Counted from the stretch's first letter, positions 1 to 9,448 are shown. The stretch: DNA of 28,531 bases from Capsulimonadales bacterium (GCA_033762295.1 JANRLW010000065.1:1-28531); one strand, 5' to 3'. The notes: generated by a model from the sequence alone, not told the origin. Program-made: numbers and translations.

Positions 1-606
1 CTGCCCCGGTCCCGCCGCAGCGAGATAGGGGCGTAGCAGTTGTCGAAAAAGTGTGATCCCGTGAAAGCGATGGGATTCCGTCGGTTCTTCGCCACCGAGT
101 TCCACATAGGCAATGTAAAACTCGCTCAGAATCCAGCACACCTCGGCGAGTTGTGTAATCTCATCGGCTGTCGCCGCCCGGAAGACCTCGCTTTGATGAA
201 ATTGGGCGAACAGGGCGCCGAAGTTTCGATACCCACCCTCCCGTACCGCGCGATACTGCCCGGCGAGTAGCGGGTCACGCATCGTCAGGCCCATGATCTC
301 CCGATAAAAGAAGCGGTATTTCCAGAGGATAGTGAAGTTGGCCGCGATCAGACCTTCCAGGTCCTCGATGGTCGGCGGGCGGTCCGTCGGTAGGACGAAC
401 GCCGCTGCCGAATCCTGCGTCAGTCGCTCGTACAGCGCGCGAACGATCTCTTCTTTGTTTTTAAAGTGGTAGTAGAGATTCCCGATCGAAAGCTGTGCGG
501 CGTCCGCGATATGGTTCGTCGTCACCGAGTACGTCCCGGACGCATTGAACAGAGCGAGGGCGACATCCTGAATGCGTTCTCTGGTTTTGTTCATCCGTTT
601 TCTCAT
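1..606 (-). CDS. TetR/AcrR family transcriptional regulator (3' end runs off the left edge)
   Basis: Not in the ORF track. Hand translation from ATG 606 (alternative 594) gives MRKRMNKTRERIQDVALALFNASGTYSVTTNHIADAAQLSIGNLYYHFKNKEEIVRALYERL, a typical TetR HTH. The same frame reads ...LFRQLLRPYLAAAGPGQ at the window edge. Confidence 0.92.
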   Translation of the reverse strand, partial: MRKRMNKTRERIQDVALALFNASGTYSVTTNHIADAAQLSIGNLYYHFKNKEEIVRALYERLTQDSAAAFVLPTDRPPTIEDLEGLIAANFTILWKYRFFYREIMGLTMRDPLLAGQYRAVREGGYRNFGALFAQFHQSEVFRAATADEITQLAEVCWILSEFYIAYVELGGEEPTESHRFHGITLFRQLLRPYLAAAGPGQ

Positions 607-610
607 AGCG

Positions 611-688
611 TTTAGAGTAATCGCTCGAAAATATAATAGAGCATTTACTCCAAAATCGCAAGGGTTTTCTGAATAAATACTCTATTAT
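611..688. promoter_or_regulatory. AT-rich promoter region with three related imperfect palindromes (TAGAG-N6-CTCNA-like), probable TetR autoregulatory operators
   Basis: TTTAGAGtaatcgCTCGAAA (611-630), TAGAGcatttaCTCCA (637-652) and, on the minus strand, TAGAGtatttaTTCAG (684-669). 633-650 and 671-688 form a 16/18 inverted repeat. All lie directly upstream of the TetR start. Confidence 0.65.
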
Positions 689-768
689 TTATTGGGAGGA
701 GGGGGCGAATCCGGCGATTCGGACCCGATCGGACCCGGACACGGGTGTTGAGTGGTTCCGGCGCAGTC

Positions 769-1623
769 TCAGTCGGTCTCGATCCCGGCTCGGCATCGTA
801 ATGCGGCGAGGTCCGGGTACCGGGAAAGGAGCGGATCGGCTCCGGCGTCGAGCAGCAAACGCAGCAAACGCCCCCGATTTTCCGCCGCGTCCAGCGGCGT
901 CTGACCGGTTCGATCCGTTCGGTTCGGATCGGCGCCCCTTTCCAGCAATAACGCCGCGAGCGTGAAGTCGCCCTGACGCGCGGCGCGGGTCAGAAAGGTC
1001 TCACCGTTCGGAAGCGGTCGGTCGAGATCGCCGAAGAACGGAAGGGCGGCCGCCAAATCGGCCCGCCCGACGATGGCCGCTTCGGGAAAGCCCCAGTCGG
1101 CCCCGTGGCGTTCCAGCCACCCGGCCAGACGTCTCCTCCCCGCAAGGCGCAGGTACAGGAGAACGGAAAAGCCGTACGTATCCCGGTGATTGAGATCCGC
1201 GCCGGCATGGATCAACGCCGCAATCCGGGATTCGGCGTGCGGCTCCGCCACAAAGAAGAGCGGCGTCCATCCGCTCCGGTCGGCCCGATTCGGCGAGGCG
1301 CCCTTTTCCAGCAGCAGGGAGACGACCGCGGTTTGACCGAATTCGACGGCGTAACTGAGCGGCGTTCGTCCGTCGGAGTCCGGCCGGTCGACCGCTTCGC
1401 CCCGCCGAAGCAGGAAGTGGACGATTCCCACCTGACCGAGAGCGGACGCCCCCCAGAGGGTTCGCCAGTCGTGGGGGCTGTATCGAAGGCGCAGGCCCGA
1501 ATCCGTGAAGACCGGCGCGTCCTCGATAATCGCGATCGCATTCTCCTCACGATCGTCGGTGACCCGGCGAACGCCGAGTCCGTCCAATCCCTGCCCTGCG
1601 GAACCACGCATACGTCGACCCAT
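769..1623 (-). CDS. Ankyrin repeat protein
   Basis: Repeated ankyrin motifs: DGRTPLSYAVEFGQTAVVSLLLEKGASPN, SGWTPLFFV, NGETFLTRAARQGDFTLAALLLERGADPN, TGQTPLDAA. Start codon uncertain. Confidence 0.9.
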   Translation of the reverse strand: MGRRMRGSAGQGLDGLGVRRVTDDREENAIAIIEDAPVFTDSGLRLRYSPHDWRTLWGASALGQVGIVHFLLRRGEAVDRPDSDGRTPLSYAVEFGQTAVVSLLLEKGASPNRADRSGWTPLFFVAEPHAESRIAALIHAGADLNHRDTYGFSVLLYLRLAGRRRLAGWLERHGADWGFPEAAIVGRADLAAALPFFGDLDRPLPNGETFLTRAARQGDFTLAALLLERGADPNRTDRTGQTPLDAAENRGRLLRLLLDAGADPLLSRYPDLAALRCRAGIETD

Positions 1624-1629
1624 CCCGGT

Positions 1630-2715
1630 TTACGGCACCCGGGAAGGGGTGGCAACGGGAACGGCGGCGGGAGTGACCGGGGGCGTCGGAGAAGGCATCG
1701 TCTTCAGATGGGCGGTGGCTTCCCGGTGGGACGCTTTCGCCTCCGGGAAGTCGGGACGCAGTTCGATCGCCCGGCGGTACTCGATCTCCGCTTCACGCCA
1801 TCGGGAGGTCGCCGCATAGACACGGGCGAGATGATAATGGATTTCGGCGATGTTCGGTTCCAGATCGACCGCCTGTCGAAGAATCCGTTGCGCGCCGACC
1901 AGATCGTTCTTGCGAAACAGCGCCCAGCCGTACGAATCCAGAACTTCCCCGCTCAGCGGAGCGGCCTGAGCGGCGCGCAGGGTCAACTGCAGACCGACCT
2001 CCACCTCTTCCGGTGTGCGTGCGAAGTCGACCAGAGTGTAGCCGTACGCATTTTCCGTCACAATATTGTCGGGCCAGATCTCATGCGCCTTCCTCAGGGC
2101 GCGCAGGGCCTGTTCCGCGTCTTTCCGCACCTCGGCGTAGTACAGACCGGCCGAGATAAACCGCTGAACCGCATTCTCCTGGAGCGGTGTGGGACGGTCG
2201 CCATGAACCGGCGGCGTATTGCCCATTTCGGTCAGAATCGCCCCGGCGCGTTGCCGGGCCTCACGGTCGGCCTGATCGGCTTCCTCTTTGTTGCCGACCC
2301 GAGCGCGCGCTTTGGCCAGTGTCGCCCAGAGCAACGGGTTCCAGTTCAGTTCGGGATTTTGACAGGCATTGATCCGTCCCTCTTCGTCACAGAGCATAAT
2401 CGCGGCGTAATCCGGTCGATCCTGCCGCAGCAACTCCTCCGCGACCGTGACGACCGCGTTGCTGGTCCCTCCCTGGATACGTACGGCATCGGAGATCGCT
2501 TTCTCGGCGGTTCCCTGTTCCCCGCGTTTGAACGCTTCGATCGCAATCCGAACACGTTCGGCCACGAACTGGCGTTGCATTTCGCGTGTTTGCATCAGGA
2601 TGGCCTGATTCGCCTCCTTGCTGCTCAGGGCGATCCGGAGCGCGGACAGAAAGAGGAATAAGAACAGGAACGACAGCAACAGGGCTGACGGTCCGATAAA
2701 TTTTCGTCGGTTCAT
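1630..2715 (-). CDS. Tetratricopeptide repeat protein with N-terminal signal/TM anchor
   Basis: Hydrophobic N-terminus. TPR motifs ENAYGYTLV, VLDSYGWALFRKNDLVGAQRILRQAVDLEPN, IHYHLARVYAATSRWREAEIEYRRAIELRPDFPEA. Ends 6 bp before the ankyrin ORF. Confidence 0.88.
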   Translation of the reverse strand: MNRRKFIGPSALLLSFLFLFLFLSALRIALSSKEANQAILMQTREMQRQFVAERVRIAIEAFKRGEQGTAEKAISDAVRIQGGTSNAVVTVAEELLRQDRPDYAAIMLCDEEGRINACQNPELNWNPLLWATLAKARARVGNKEEADQADREARQRAGAILTEMGNTPPVHGDRPTPLQENAVQRFISAGLYYAEVRKDAEQALRALRKAHEIWPDNIVTENAYGYTLVDFARTPEEVEVGLQLTLRAAQAAPLSGEVLDSYGWALFRKNDLVGAQRILRQAVDLEPNIAEIHYHLARVYAATSRWREAEIEYRRAIELRPDFPEAKASHREATAHLKTMPSPTPPVTPAAVPVATPSRVP

Positions 2716-2736
2716 ATGGTCTGTCAGAGCAGGGCG

Positions 2737-2860
2737 ACCCCGAACGGTGCTTCCCGATCACCGGGGGCAAGCGCAGCCGAGCCGCACCACTGGGCGTTCA
2801 CCTGTAGGTACGCCACGGTTCCGGCGGACGTTCCCCGGACGTGTCCACGGTTCAGGGGAT
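2737..2860. ncRNA. Candidate rod-like structured RNA (unassigned family)
   Basis: Nested helices folded by eye: CCCCGAAC/GTTCAGGGG, GTG/CAC, CCGGGGG/TCCCCGG, GCCGAGCCG/CGGTTCCGGC, GGCGT/ACGCC, apical ACC-TGTA-GGT. Lies in a 285-bp intergenic gap. Confidence 0.3.
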
Positions 2861-3000
2861 TCGGTCCGGCGATACGGGCGGAAGCCGGAATCATCTTACC
2901 GGGAATTCCTGCCACACGGAACGATATTTTCGGGGGAACTTGACAAACGAACGGACGGAAACGTATCGAAGCGTGCCGACGGCGGAGGTCGGAACCGTTC

Positions 3001-3414
3001 CTAATGCGGAACCCGGTTTTCGAGGTGAGGAAGCAGGACGACGCTCTCCTGTTCGTTCGGATCGGTGCGGGCGATAAGGGCGGTGCAGGGCGCGTCCGAC
3101 CGGTTCAGCGGAAGATGAGGCATGCCGGCGGGAATGTAGCAGAACTCCCCGGCGGCGACGACCATGTGGTTCTCGAGTTCCGGCCCGTAGTACATTTCCG
3201 AGACGCCGGACAGGACGTAGATCGCCGTTTCGTGGTTCCGGTGCAGATGGGCTTTCGCTCGTCCGCCCGGTGGGATTTCGAGCAGATGCATGCAGATGCC
3301 GGTCGAGCCGACCCGTTCCGCGCTGATGCCGGCGAAATACTCGAAGCCCTGTTTGCCCGCATAGGTATCTCCCTGCCGTACGACCTGGCAGGTGATTTCC
3401 GGCGACGATGCCAT
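3001..3414 (-). CDS. Cupin domain protein (RmlC-like cupin)
   Basis: Cupin motifs IPPGGRAKAHLHRNHETAIYVLSG and AGEFCYIPAGMPH. Start placed at ATG 3414 after GGGAG, because the longer ORF overlaps the upstream gene. Confidence 0.88.
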   Translation of the reverse strand: MASSPEITCQVVRQGDTYAGKQGFEYFAGISAERVGSTGICMHLLEIPPGGRAKAHLHRNHETAIYVLSGVSEMYYGPELENHMVVAAGEFCYIPAGMPHLPLNRSDAPCTALIARTDPNEQESVVLLPHLENRVPH

Positions 3415-3456
3415 AATGAACGCTCCCGGGCCGCTCCTGACGGCTCCATGCCCGAT

Positions 3457-3488
3457 CCCCCTCCTCCCGGCGGCGTGGAAGGAGGGGG
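3457..3488 (-). terminator. GC-rich hairpin without U-tract after the oxidoreductase gene
   Basis: Minus strand CCCCCTCCTTCC-acgccgcc-GGGAGGAGGGGG, a 12-bp stem with one G-U pair, 11 nt after the stop codon. Confidence 0.5.
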
Positions 3489-3499
3489 TAATGGGGGGC

Positions 3500-4990
3500 T
3501 TAGCCCGACGTGACCTTACGGGTCTTTTCGTCGAAGACCATGGTCTTGTTCCAGCGGGCGGACATCTCCGCGAGCGAGATGATGGTCTGCACCTTGACGG
3601 CCAGGTCGATGTTGCAGTTGGCTTTCGACGGATCGTTGGCGCGAATCGCGGCGAGCCAGTTTTTCTCATGTTCCTCATGAGATTCATAGGTCGCGCCGTC
3701 GACCATGATGGTCTGCTCCTCGACCTCTTCGGCGAACGGACGTTCGGGGTTGATTTTCACGCCGTTGCCGAAGTAGATGGTGCCTTTCTGTCCGCGGAAC
3801 ATGTCCTGCAGTCCCTGCTCATTGACGGTGGAACCGACGAAAAGCATCGTCCACCGGGAGGGGAACTCGGCGATGACCTGGACGGTGGTGTCCACATCAC
3901 GGTCCTCCTGAATCCGGGTGCCGACGCAGGAGACGCGGGTCGGGAATTCCGGGTTGCCGGAGGCGATCAGGAACGGATGCAGTTTGTGCGGCATCAGGTC
4001 GCCAAGGATACCGGCGGAGTAGTCCCAGTACTTCCGGTAGCGGCTCTTGAGGGCGGCCGGGTCGCGGCGCATGATCTGGTCGCCATCGCCTGCGCCTCCG
4101 GGACTGTCCACCCAGGCATGAGGACCGGACGATCCCTGCCAGAGCGCCCAGTCGAGCGTATCCTTGTTCAGTTCGCCCGGAATGCCGTAGTTCCATTCGC
4201 CCTTCGGATTGTTACGGGTATAGGAACCCTGTCCCATCACGAGGGGGCCGATCTTGCCGTCGCGGACGGCTTTGCCTGCGGCGTGGTAGATCATGTTGGA
4301 ACAGCCCTGCGACCCGACCTGGACGACCCGCTTGGTGCGTTTGGCGATGTCATACGTCTGGAACGCCTCATCCAGATACCGTGCCATCGGCTTCTGAATG
4401 TAGACATGCTTACCGGCTTCCATCGCGTGGCAGGCGATCTGGCAGTGCCAGTGTTCGGGCGTCGCGATGACGATGGCGTCGATGTCCTTGTTTTCCAGGA
4501 GTTTTCGGTAGTCCTTATCGGCGACGAACGAGGCCGAGGCGACGCCTTTTTCCTTCACAACGGCCGCGTTGTACTCGCGGGAGGGCTGATAGACGTCGCA
4601 GATACCGCCGATCTGGGTGTTGCGGTCGGCCGCCTCACGGATGAAGTGGCCGACATGTCCGCCCCCCATGCCGCCGACGCCGACGAACCCGACGATGATG
4701 CGGTCGTTCGCGCCGATGACGCGTCCGGTGGCCATGACCGGGCCTTTGGGGAAGGTGCCACCGATCAGTTTTTTGCCGTCGGCGCGCGGCACGGGCACGC
4801 CGGAGACGGTCATGACGTTCGAACGCGGTTCCGGCGCGGGTTCGGCGTGCGCTTCCTTATCGGCCATGAGACCGCCGGCGATCGCGCCGGCCGCCGCAAC
4901 GCCCGCCGTCCGGAGAAAATCGCGGCGCGAGCCACCGGTCGGGGTGGCCGCGTCGCCTGTCGTCGTTGTTTCGCGCACTTCCTGGTTCAT
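3500..4990 (-). CDS. Tat-exported Gfo/Idh/MocA family NAD(P)-dependent oxidoreductase
   Basis: SRRDFL Tat motif, Rossmann VGFVGVGGMG, DAIVIATPEHWH, GKHVYIQKP, VVQVGSQ. TAAGGAG RBS upstream. Confidence 0.93.
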   Translation of the reverse strand: MNQEVRETTTTGDAATPTGGSRRDFLRTAGVAAAGAIAGGLMADKEAHAEPAPEPRSNVMTVSGVPVPRADGKKLIGGTFPKGPVMATGRVIGANDRIIVGFVGVGGMGGGHVGHFIREAADRNTQIGGICDVYQPSREYNAAVVKEKGVASASFVADKDYRKLLENKDIDAIVIATPEHWHCQIACHAMEAGKHVYIQKPMARYLDEAFQTYDIAKRTKRVVQVGSQGCSNMIYHAAGKAVRDGKIGPLVMGQGSYTRNNPKGEWNYGIPGELNKDTLDWALWQGSSGPHAWVDSPGGAGDGDQIMRRDPAALKSRYRKYWDYSAGILGDLMPHKLHPFLIASGNPEFPTRVSCVGTRIQEDRDVDTTVQVIAEFPSRWTMLFVGSTVNEQGLQDMFRGQKGTIYFGNGVKINPERPFAEEVEEQTIMVDGATYESHEEHEKNWLAAIRANDPSKANCNIDLAVKVQTIISLAEMSARWNKTMVFDEKTRKVTSG

Positions 4991-5027
4991 GGCGCTTGCT
5001 CCTTAGGAATGAGATGAGGTTGTGAGT

Positions 5028-6359
5028 TCAGATGTCGAACAGGTCCGGCGTGAAGTTGATCTTCGAACCGGTCAGGACGGCTTCGTTCGCCTTGAGAGCG
5101 ACGACCGTGGCGATAAATCCTTCCTTCGGCCCGCTTTCCGACGCTTTCCCTTCCCGTATTTCGTTCAGGAACGCTTCGCAGGCGAAGTAGATCGGGTTAC
5201 GCTTCGGGTCGGTGTCCCGGTTTTTCGCGGGCTCCTTCCCGGCAGCGAGGAGTTTGGTCGCGTCCGCGACCAGGGCGATCCCGGTGTCATCGCCGATCTT
5301 TTCCTTGTAGGCATAGACTTCCCAGCCGAGCGCCGGGGCATCGGCTTCCTTGAACATCCAGGCGCGCATACCGCGCAGCAGAACGGCGGCGTCGGTCCCC
5401 TGGAACAGTTCGTAGGTGCCGTCGAAGGAGTTGGCGAGGGTGGCGTCGTAGGACAGATGGACGCCGTTCGGGTATTCGAACAGGCACTGGACGGTGTCGG
5501 GGACCTCCCGTCCGTCCTTCCAGGCGACGACACCGCCGAACCCGGCGACGGATTTCGGGAGCGATTTCAGGAACCAGGTCGCGGTATCGATCTGGTGGAT
5601 GCCGATTTCGCCGAGAAGACCGGGCGAGGTCGCCTTGTTCAGTCGCCAGTTCAGCGCGGTCTGTCGGTCATCGGTCGGCGCTTTGCGCCGCCAGGAGGTC
5701 TTCTTGTGCCAGACCGCCTTGGCCTGGGCGACTTTGGACAGCGCGCCGACATCGATGAACTTCAGGACATGATGGTGCTGCGGGTTGGTCCGGTACTGAA
5801 GTCCGGAATGGAAGATGGTTTTGGGCGCGGCGGCCATTCCCGCCCGGGCGATGTCGCGCGCCTCCTCGACGGTATGGGCGAGCGGCGCTTCACAGTAGAC
5901 ATGTTTTCCCGCCGCCAGCGCGTCGAGAACGATCTGTTTATGCAGGTGGCTCGGTGTCGCGATGAAAACGCCCCGAACGGCGTTATCGGCGAGCACTTTC
6001 CGGTAGTCCTCGACGGCGGTCGCCTTCGGATGGATCTCGAGGGCACGCTTATGCGTCGCCGCGTAACTGTCGCAGACATAGGAGACGGTCGCGCCTTCGA
6101 CGTAGGAAAGCGAGGTCAGAAGGGTGCGTCCCTGGTCGCCGCAGCCGATCACCGCCACGTTGACCGGCGGTTTGGCGGTCTGCGCGACGGGCGTTTCCGG
6201 AGTCAGTTCCTCGGCATGGAGGTTTTCATTGCCGGTAAACATCGCGCCGAGGGTCAGGACCGCCCCGCGCCGCAGCAGATCGCGTCGGCTGAGTCCGTCG
6301 GCTGAGTCCGCTGTCTCCGACGGAATCGATCGGATCGTCAGATCATCGCTTGATGCCAT
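5028..6359 (-). CDS. Tat-exported Gfo/Idh/MocA family oxidoreductase (EAP variant)
   Basis: SRRDLL Tat motif, VAVIGCGDQG, VFIATPSHLH, GKHVYCEAP, GEIGIHQID. Confidence 0.93.
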   Translation of the reverse strand: MASSDDLTIRSIPSETADSADGLSRRDLLRRGAVLTLGAMFTGNENLHAEELTPETPVAQTAKPPVNVAVIGCGDQGRTLLTSLSYVEGATVSYVCDSYAATHKRALEIHPKATAVEDYRKVLADNAVRGVFIATPSHLHKQIVLDALAAGKHVYCEAPLAHTVEEARDIARAGMAAAPKTIFHSGLQYRTNPQHHHVLKFIDVGALSKVAQAKAVWHKKTSWRRKAPTDDRQTALNWRLNKATSPGLLGEIGIHQIDTATWFLKSLPKSVAGFGGVVAWKDGREVPDTVQCLFEYPNGVHLSYDATLANSFDGTYELFQGTDAAVLLRGMRAWMFKEADAPALGWEVYAYKEKIGDDTGIALVADATKLLAAGKEPAKNRDTDPKRNPIYFACEAFLNEIREGKASESGPKEGFIATVVALKANEAVLTGSKINFTPDLFDI

Positions 6360-6426
6360 GAGTAGGGTCTTTCATTCGCGTTTCGAACGACCGGAGCCGC
6401 GTCGAAAATTAACCTGTATTAAGTAC

Positions 6427-6524
6427 ATCTTATCCCATCCTTTCTCCTTCGGCGGGTTTCCCGGGGAACGAAATCATGGGAAAATCGGGAATATTCCCTG
6501 AGAAAGGACGGGAAGTGATAGGAT
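6427..6524. promoter_or_regulatory. Divergent promoter region with palindromic sites
   Basis: TAAGAT on the minus strand (6432-6427). Extended -10 TGaTAGGAT on the plus strand (6516-6524). Palindromes TTCCCgGGGAA (6458-6468) and GGGAATATTCCC (6487-6498) lie between them. Confidence 0.4.
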
Positions 6525-6641
6525 GAGGACGGAATCATCGGTTGTCCGGCGGGATGCCGGACCCGGATTCAGTATACCGAAGTCCGTCGAAACCGGCAAC
6601 CGGAAAGCGGTTTCCGTTCGGGCACGGACCGGAAAGCCTTT

Positions 6642-7535
6642 ATGAGCGGAGTTCCCGACACCGATAGCGAGGGGGCGAAAGCGCCACGATCCGTCTCCCG
6701 TCGCCGTCTGCTGCGAAACTGGGGGATGGCGACGGCAGGGAGCGGCGTCCTCGGCTACGGCGCGCTCTACGCCCCGTTTCATCCGGTGATCGAGCGGATC
6801 ACGATCCCGGTGCGCGGACTGCCGCCCGCCTTCGCCGGAATCCGGGTGGCGCTCCTGTCCGATCTGCATGTGCAGCCCGCCTTTCCCGCGCGCCATCTCG
6901 AACCCGCCGTCGAACTGGTCGGGCGGGAGCGACCGGATTTGATCCTGCTCCTGGGGGACTATATCAGCGATCAGGAGCCCGACAAGCTGCAGCATATGCG
7001 CGCCTGCGCCACGGCCCTTCGATCGCTCGCCGCTCCCCTCGGCATTTATGCGATCTTCGGCAATCACGATTTCCCCGTGCCGCCGGACGACCCGATCTCC
7101 GAACCCTGGGAAGCGGTGGGGATCCGAACCCTCTGTCATGAAGTGGCCGAAGTGCGGCGCGGGAACGAGAGCCTCTATCTGGTCGGGTTGCGCTCCGCGC
7201 TGTCCCGTCCGGTGAATCCGGCGGAACTCCTTTCCGGGCTGCCGACGGAGTCCGCCCGAATCGTCCTCTGGCACGAACCGGACCGCGCCCGTGACGCGGC
7301 GGCCTGCGGCGGAAGCCTGCAACTGTCCGGACACACGCATGGCGGCCAGGTGGTGATTCCCGGACTGCGTCCCCCGATTCTGCCGCTGGGCGGGCGGCGG
7401 TATCCGTCCGGGAGGTTCGAGGTCGACGGGATGCCGCTGTATGTGACCCGGGGCGTCGGTCTGCTGCCGCCGATGGTCCGAATCAACTGCCCTCCGGAGG
7501 TAACCCTGATGACGCTGACCCCGCCCGCCCCGTAA
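6642..7535 (+). CDS. Tat-exported calcineurin-like metallophosphoesterase (YkuE/YaeI-like)
   Basis: SRRRLL Tat motif and the motifs SDLH, GDY, GNHD, WHEPD, SGHTHGGQ, YVTRGVG, RINCPPE. Confidence 0.93.
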   Translation: MSGVPDTDSEGAKAPRSVSRRRLLRNWGMATAGSGVLGYGALYAPFHPVIERITIPVRGLPPAFAGIRVALLSDLHVQPAFPARHLEPAVELVGRERPDLILLLGDYISDQEPDKLQHMRACATALRSLAAPLGIYAIFGNHDFPVPPDDPISEPWEAVGIRTLCHEVAEVRRGNESLYLVGLRSALSRPVNPAELLSGLPTESARIVLWHEPDRARDAAACGGSLQLSGHTHGGQVVIPGLRPPILPLGGRRYPSGRFEVDGMPLYVTRGVGLLPPMVRINCPPEVTLMTLTPPAP

Positions 7536-7575
7536 TCCGACAAGGAATCGGCGAGGGTAACGCGGAATACTGCCG

Positions 7576-9435
7576 GTGTTTTCCTCCGCCTTCGGGCGAC
7601 GCAGTCTGCTGACGGGCATTCTCCTGCTCGCGGCGTTCCTCCGGTTTTGGAACCTGATGCAAAACGGGTTCGGAAACCCGTACTACGCGGCCGCCGTTCG
7701 TAGCATGCGCGGCGACCTGACCCGTTTTCTCTTCGCCTCCTACGATCCGGGGGGTTTTCTGTCCGTGGACAAGCCGCCGCTGGCGCTCTGGATACAGACG
7801 CTGTCCGGTCTGGCGTTCGGCTACCGGGGCTGGGCGCTGCTTCTGCCGCAAGCGGTGGCCGGACTGCTCGCGGTCGCTCTCCTGTATCGATCGGTCCGAC
7901 AGGATTTCGGGACGCCGGCCGGACTCTGCGCCGCGTTTTTTCTGGCGATCAGTCCGCTGACGGTCGCGACCGACCGGATCAACCTTCCCGATAGCCTGCT
8001 GACACTGATTCTGATCGTGGCGGCGGGGACGCTGCTCCGGGCGATCCGAACCGGTGAAACGCTTCCCCTGTTCCTTTGCGCGGGATGCCTCGGCCTCGGT
8101 TTTTTGACCAAGATGTGGGAGGCCCTGGTTCCCGCGCCGATCTTCGCGGCGGCCTATTCGGCATGGGCGAACGTCCCGCTCCCGGTACGATGGCGTCGGC
8201 TGGCGGGCGCGAGCATCCTCCTGGTGGCGCTCGTGGTCGTCTGGCCGTGCCTGATCGACGCGGTTCCCGCCGACCGCCGACCGTACGTCGGTGGCAGTCG
8301 GAATAACTCGGCGTTCGACCTGATCTTTTTATATAACGGCTGGGAACGTCTGACCGGAGGAAAGGAACAACTGGGGACGGCGTTGCTTCGCGAGGGAGGG
8401 GCGCTGGCCGAACTGGGGGCGACTCCCGGTTTCTGGGCCGGCCCGCCCGGCCCGTTCCGTCTGTTTTCCCGTGCGCTCGGTCCGCAAATCCTGTGGTTCC
8501 TCGGCGGCGCGGCGTTCCTGCCGATCCTGCTGCTTCGACGGACCCAGCCGTTTAGCAGGGAACGACAGGCGGCGATAGGAGTGTGGGGGGGCTGGTTTCT
8601 CGCCTTTGCGGCCGTATTCAGCGTGGCCGGAGGCACCGTGCATCCGTACTACCTGACGGTGATCGCGCCGTCGGTCGCCGCTCTCGCCGGTATCGCTCTC
8701 GGTCTGGCGTGGGAAGCGCGCGATTCGGATCGGTCCGCCCTGCCGACCGTCCTCGGAATGACGGCCCTGTTTCAGGCGTTCCTGCTCCGGGACTATGCGA
8801 TGGCCTACCCGGTCCTCCTGGTCGGTCCGGTCGGCGGCCTGTTTTTCGGGGCGGGGACCCTTTGGAAACGCGGTCGGACGGCGTTTCTTGCGCTCTGCCT
8901 GCTGTTTCTGTCGTTCTGTCCGCTGTACTGGTCCTGGACTGCGGCGGCGGTGCCGGGGAACGGATTGACGCCGTCGACGGGGCCGGAGGTGGCGGCGGGC
9001 GCATGGCAATACCCGCCGCCGACGATGCCGCCCGAGTTTACGGAGGGGGTCGTCCGGTTCCTGGCGGATAACCGGCGCGGAGAGCGGTTCGTCGTTGCGA
9101 CCGGGAGCGTCTACAATGCCTCGCCGATCATCATCGAAACCGGACTGCCGGTGATGGCGATGGGCGGGTTTCTGGGAGGCGACCCGATTTTGACGCCGGA
9201 GACCCTGGCGGGATACGTGAATCGTGGCGAAGTGCGATTTCTTCTCCTGACACCGACGGACGGTCTGCCGGGGAACACCTATCTGTCGCCGCTCGCCGAA
9301 TGGGCACGGGATCACTGCGGCCCCGTCCCGCCCGAATACTGGATGCGTTACCGCGCCGGTTACGGCATGGAATGGATGACCCTGTACGACTGCTCGGTCG
9401 GAAGGGGGAATCCGCCGGCGGCTCTGCCGAATTGA
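7576..9435 (+). CDS. GT-C membrane glycosyltransferase (ArnT/PMT_2, YkcB-like)
   Basis: Multi-TM protein with GNPYYAAAVRSM, SYDPGGFLSVDKPP, RPYVGGS, HPYY and PVMAMGGFLGGDP motifs. Confidence 0.9.
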   Translation: MFSSAFGRRSLLTGILLLAAFLRFWNLMQNGFGNPYYAAAVRSMRGDLTRFLFASYDPGGFLSVDKPPLALWIQTLSGLAFGYRGWALLLPQAVAGLLAVALLYRSVRQDFGTPAGLCAAFFLAISPLTVATDRINLPDSLLTLILIVAAGTLLRAIRTGETLPLFLCAGCLGLGFLTKMWEALVPAPIFAAAYSAWANVPLPVRWRRLAGASILLVALVVVWPCLIDAVPADRRPYVGGSRNNSAFDLIFLYNGWERLTGGKEQLGTALLREGGALAELGATPGFWAGPPGPFRLFSRALGPQILWFLGGAAFLPILLLRRTQPFSRERQAAIGVWGGWFLAFAAVFSVAGGTVHPYYLTVIAPSVAALAGIALGLAWEARDSDRSALPTVLGMTALFQAFLLRDYAMAYPVLLVGPVGGLFFGAGTLWKRGRTAFLALCLLFLSFCPLYWSWTAAAVPGNGLTPSTGPEVAAGAWQYPPPTMPPEFTEGVVRFLADNRRGERFVVATGSVYNASPIIIETGLPVMAMGGFLGGDPILTPETLAGYVNRGEVRFLLLTPTDGLPGNTYLSPLAEWARDHCGPVPPEYWMRYRAGYGMEWMTLYDCSVGRGNPPAALPN

Positions 9436-9448
9436 AAGGATGGAAAGC

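Noticed and set aside
2940..2970. TTGACA-containing plus-strand promoter
   Set aside because: The -10 match is poor (TATCGA) and it would point antisense into the cupin 3' end, so it cannot be supported from sequence alone.
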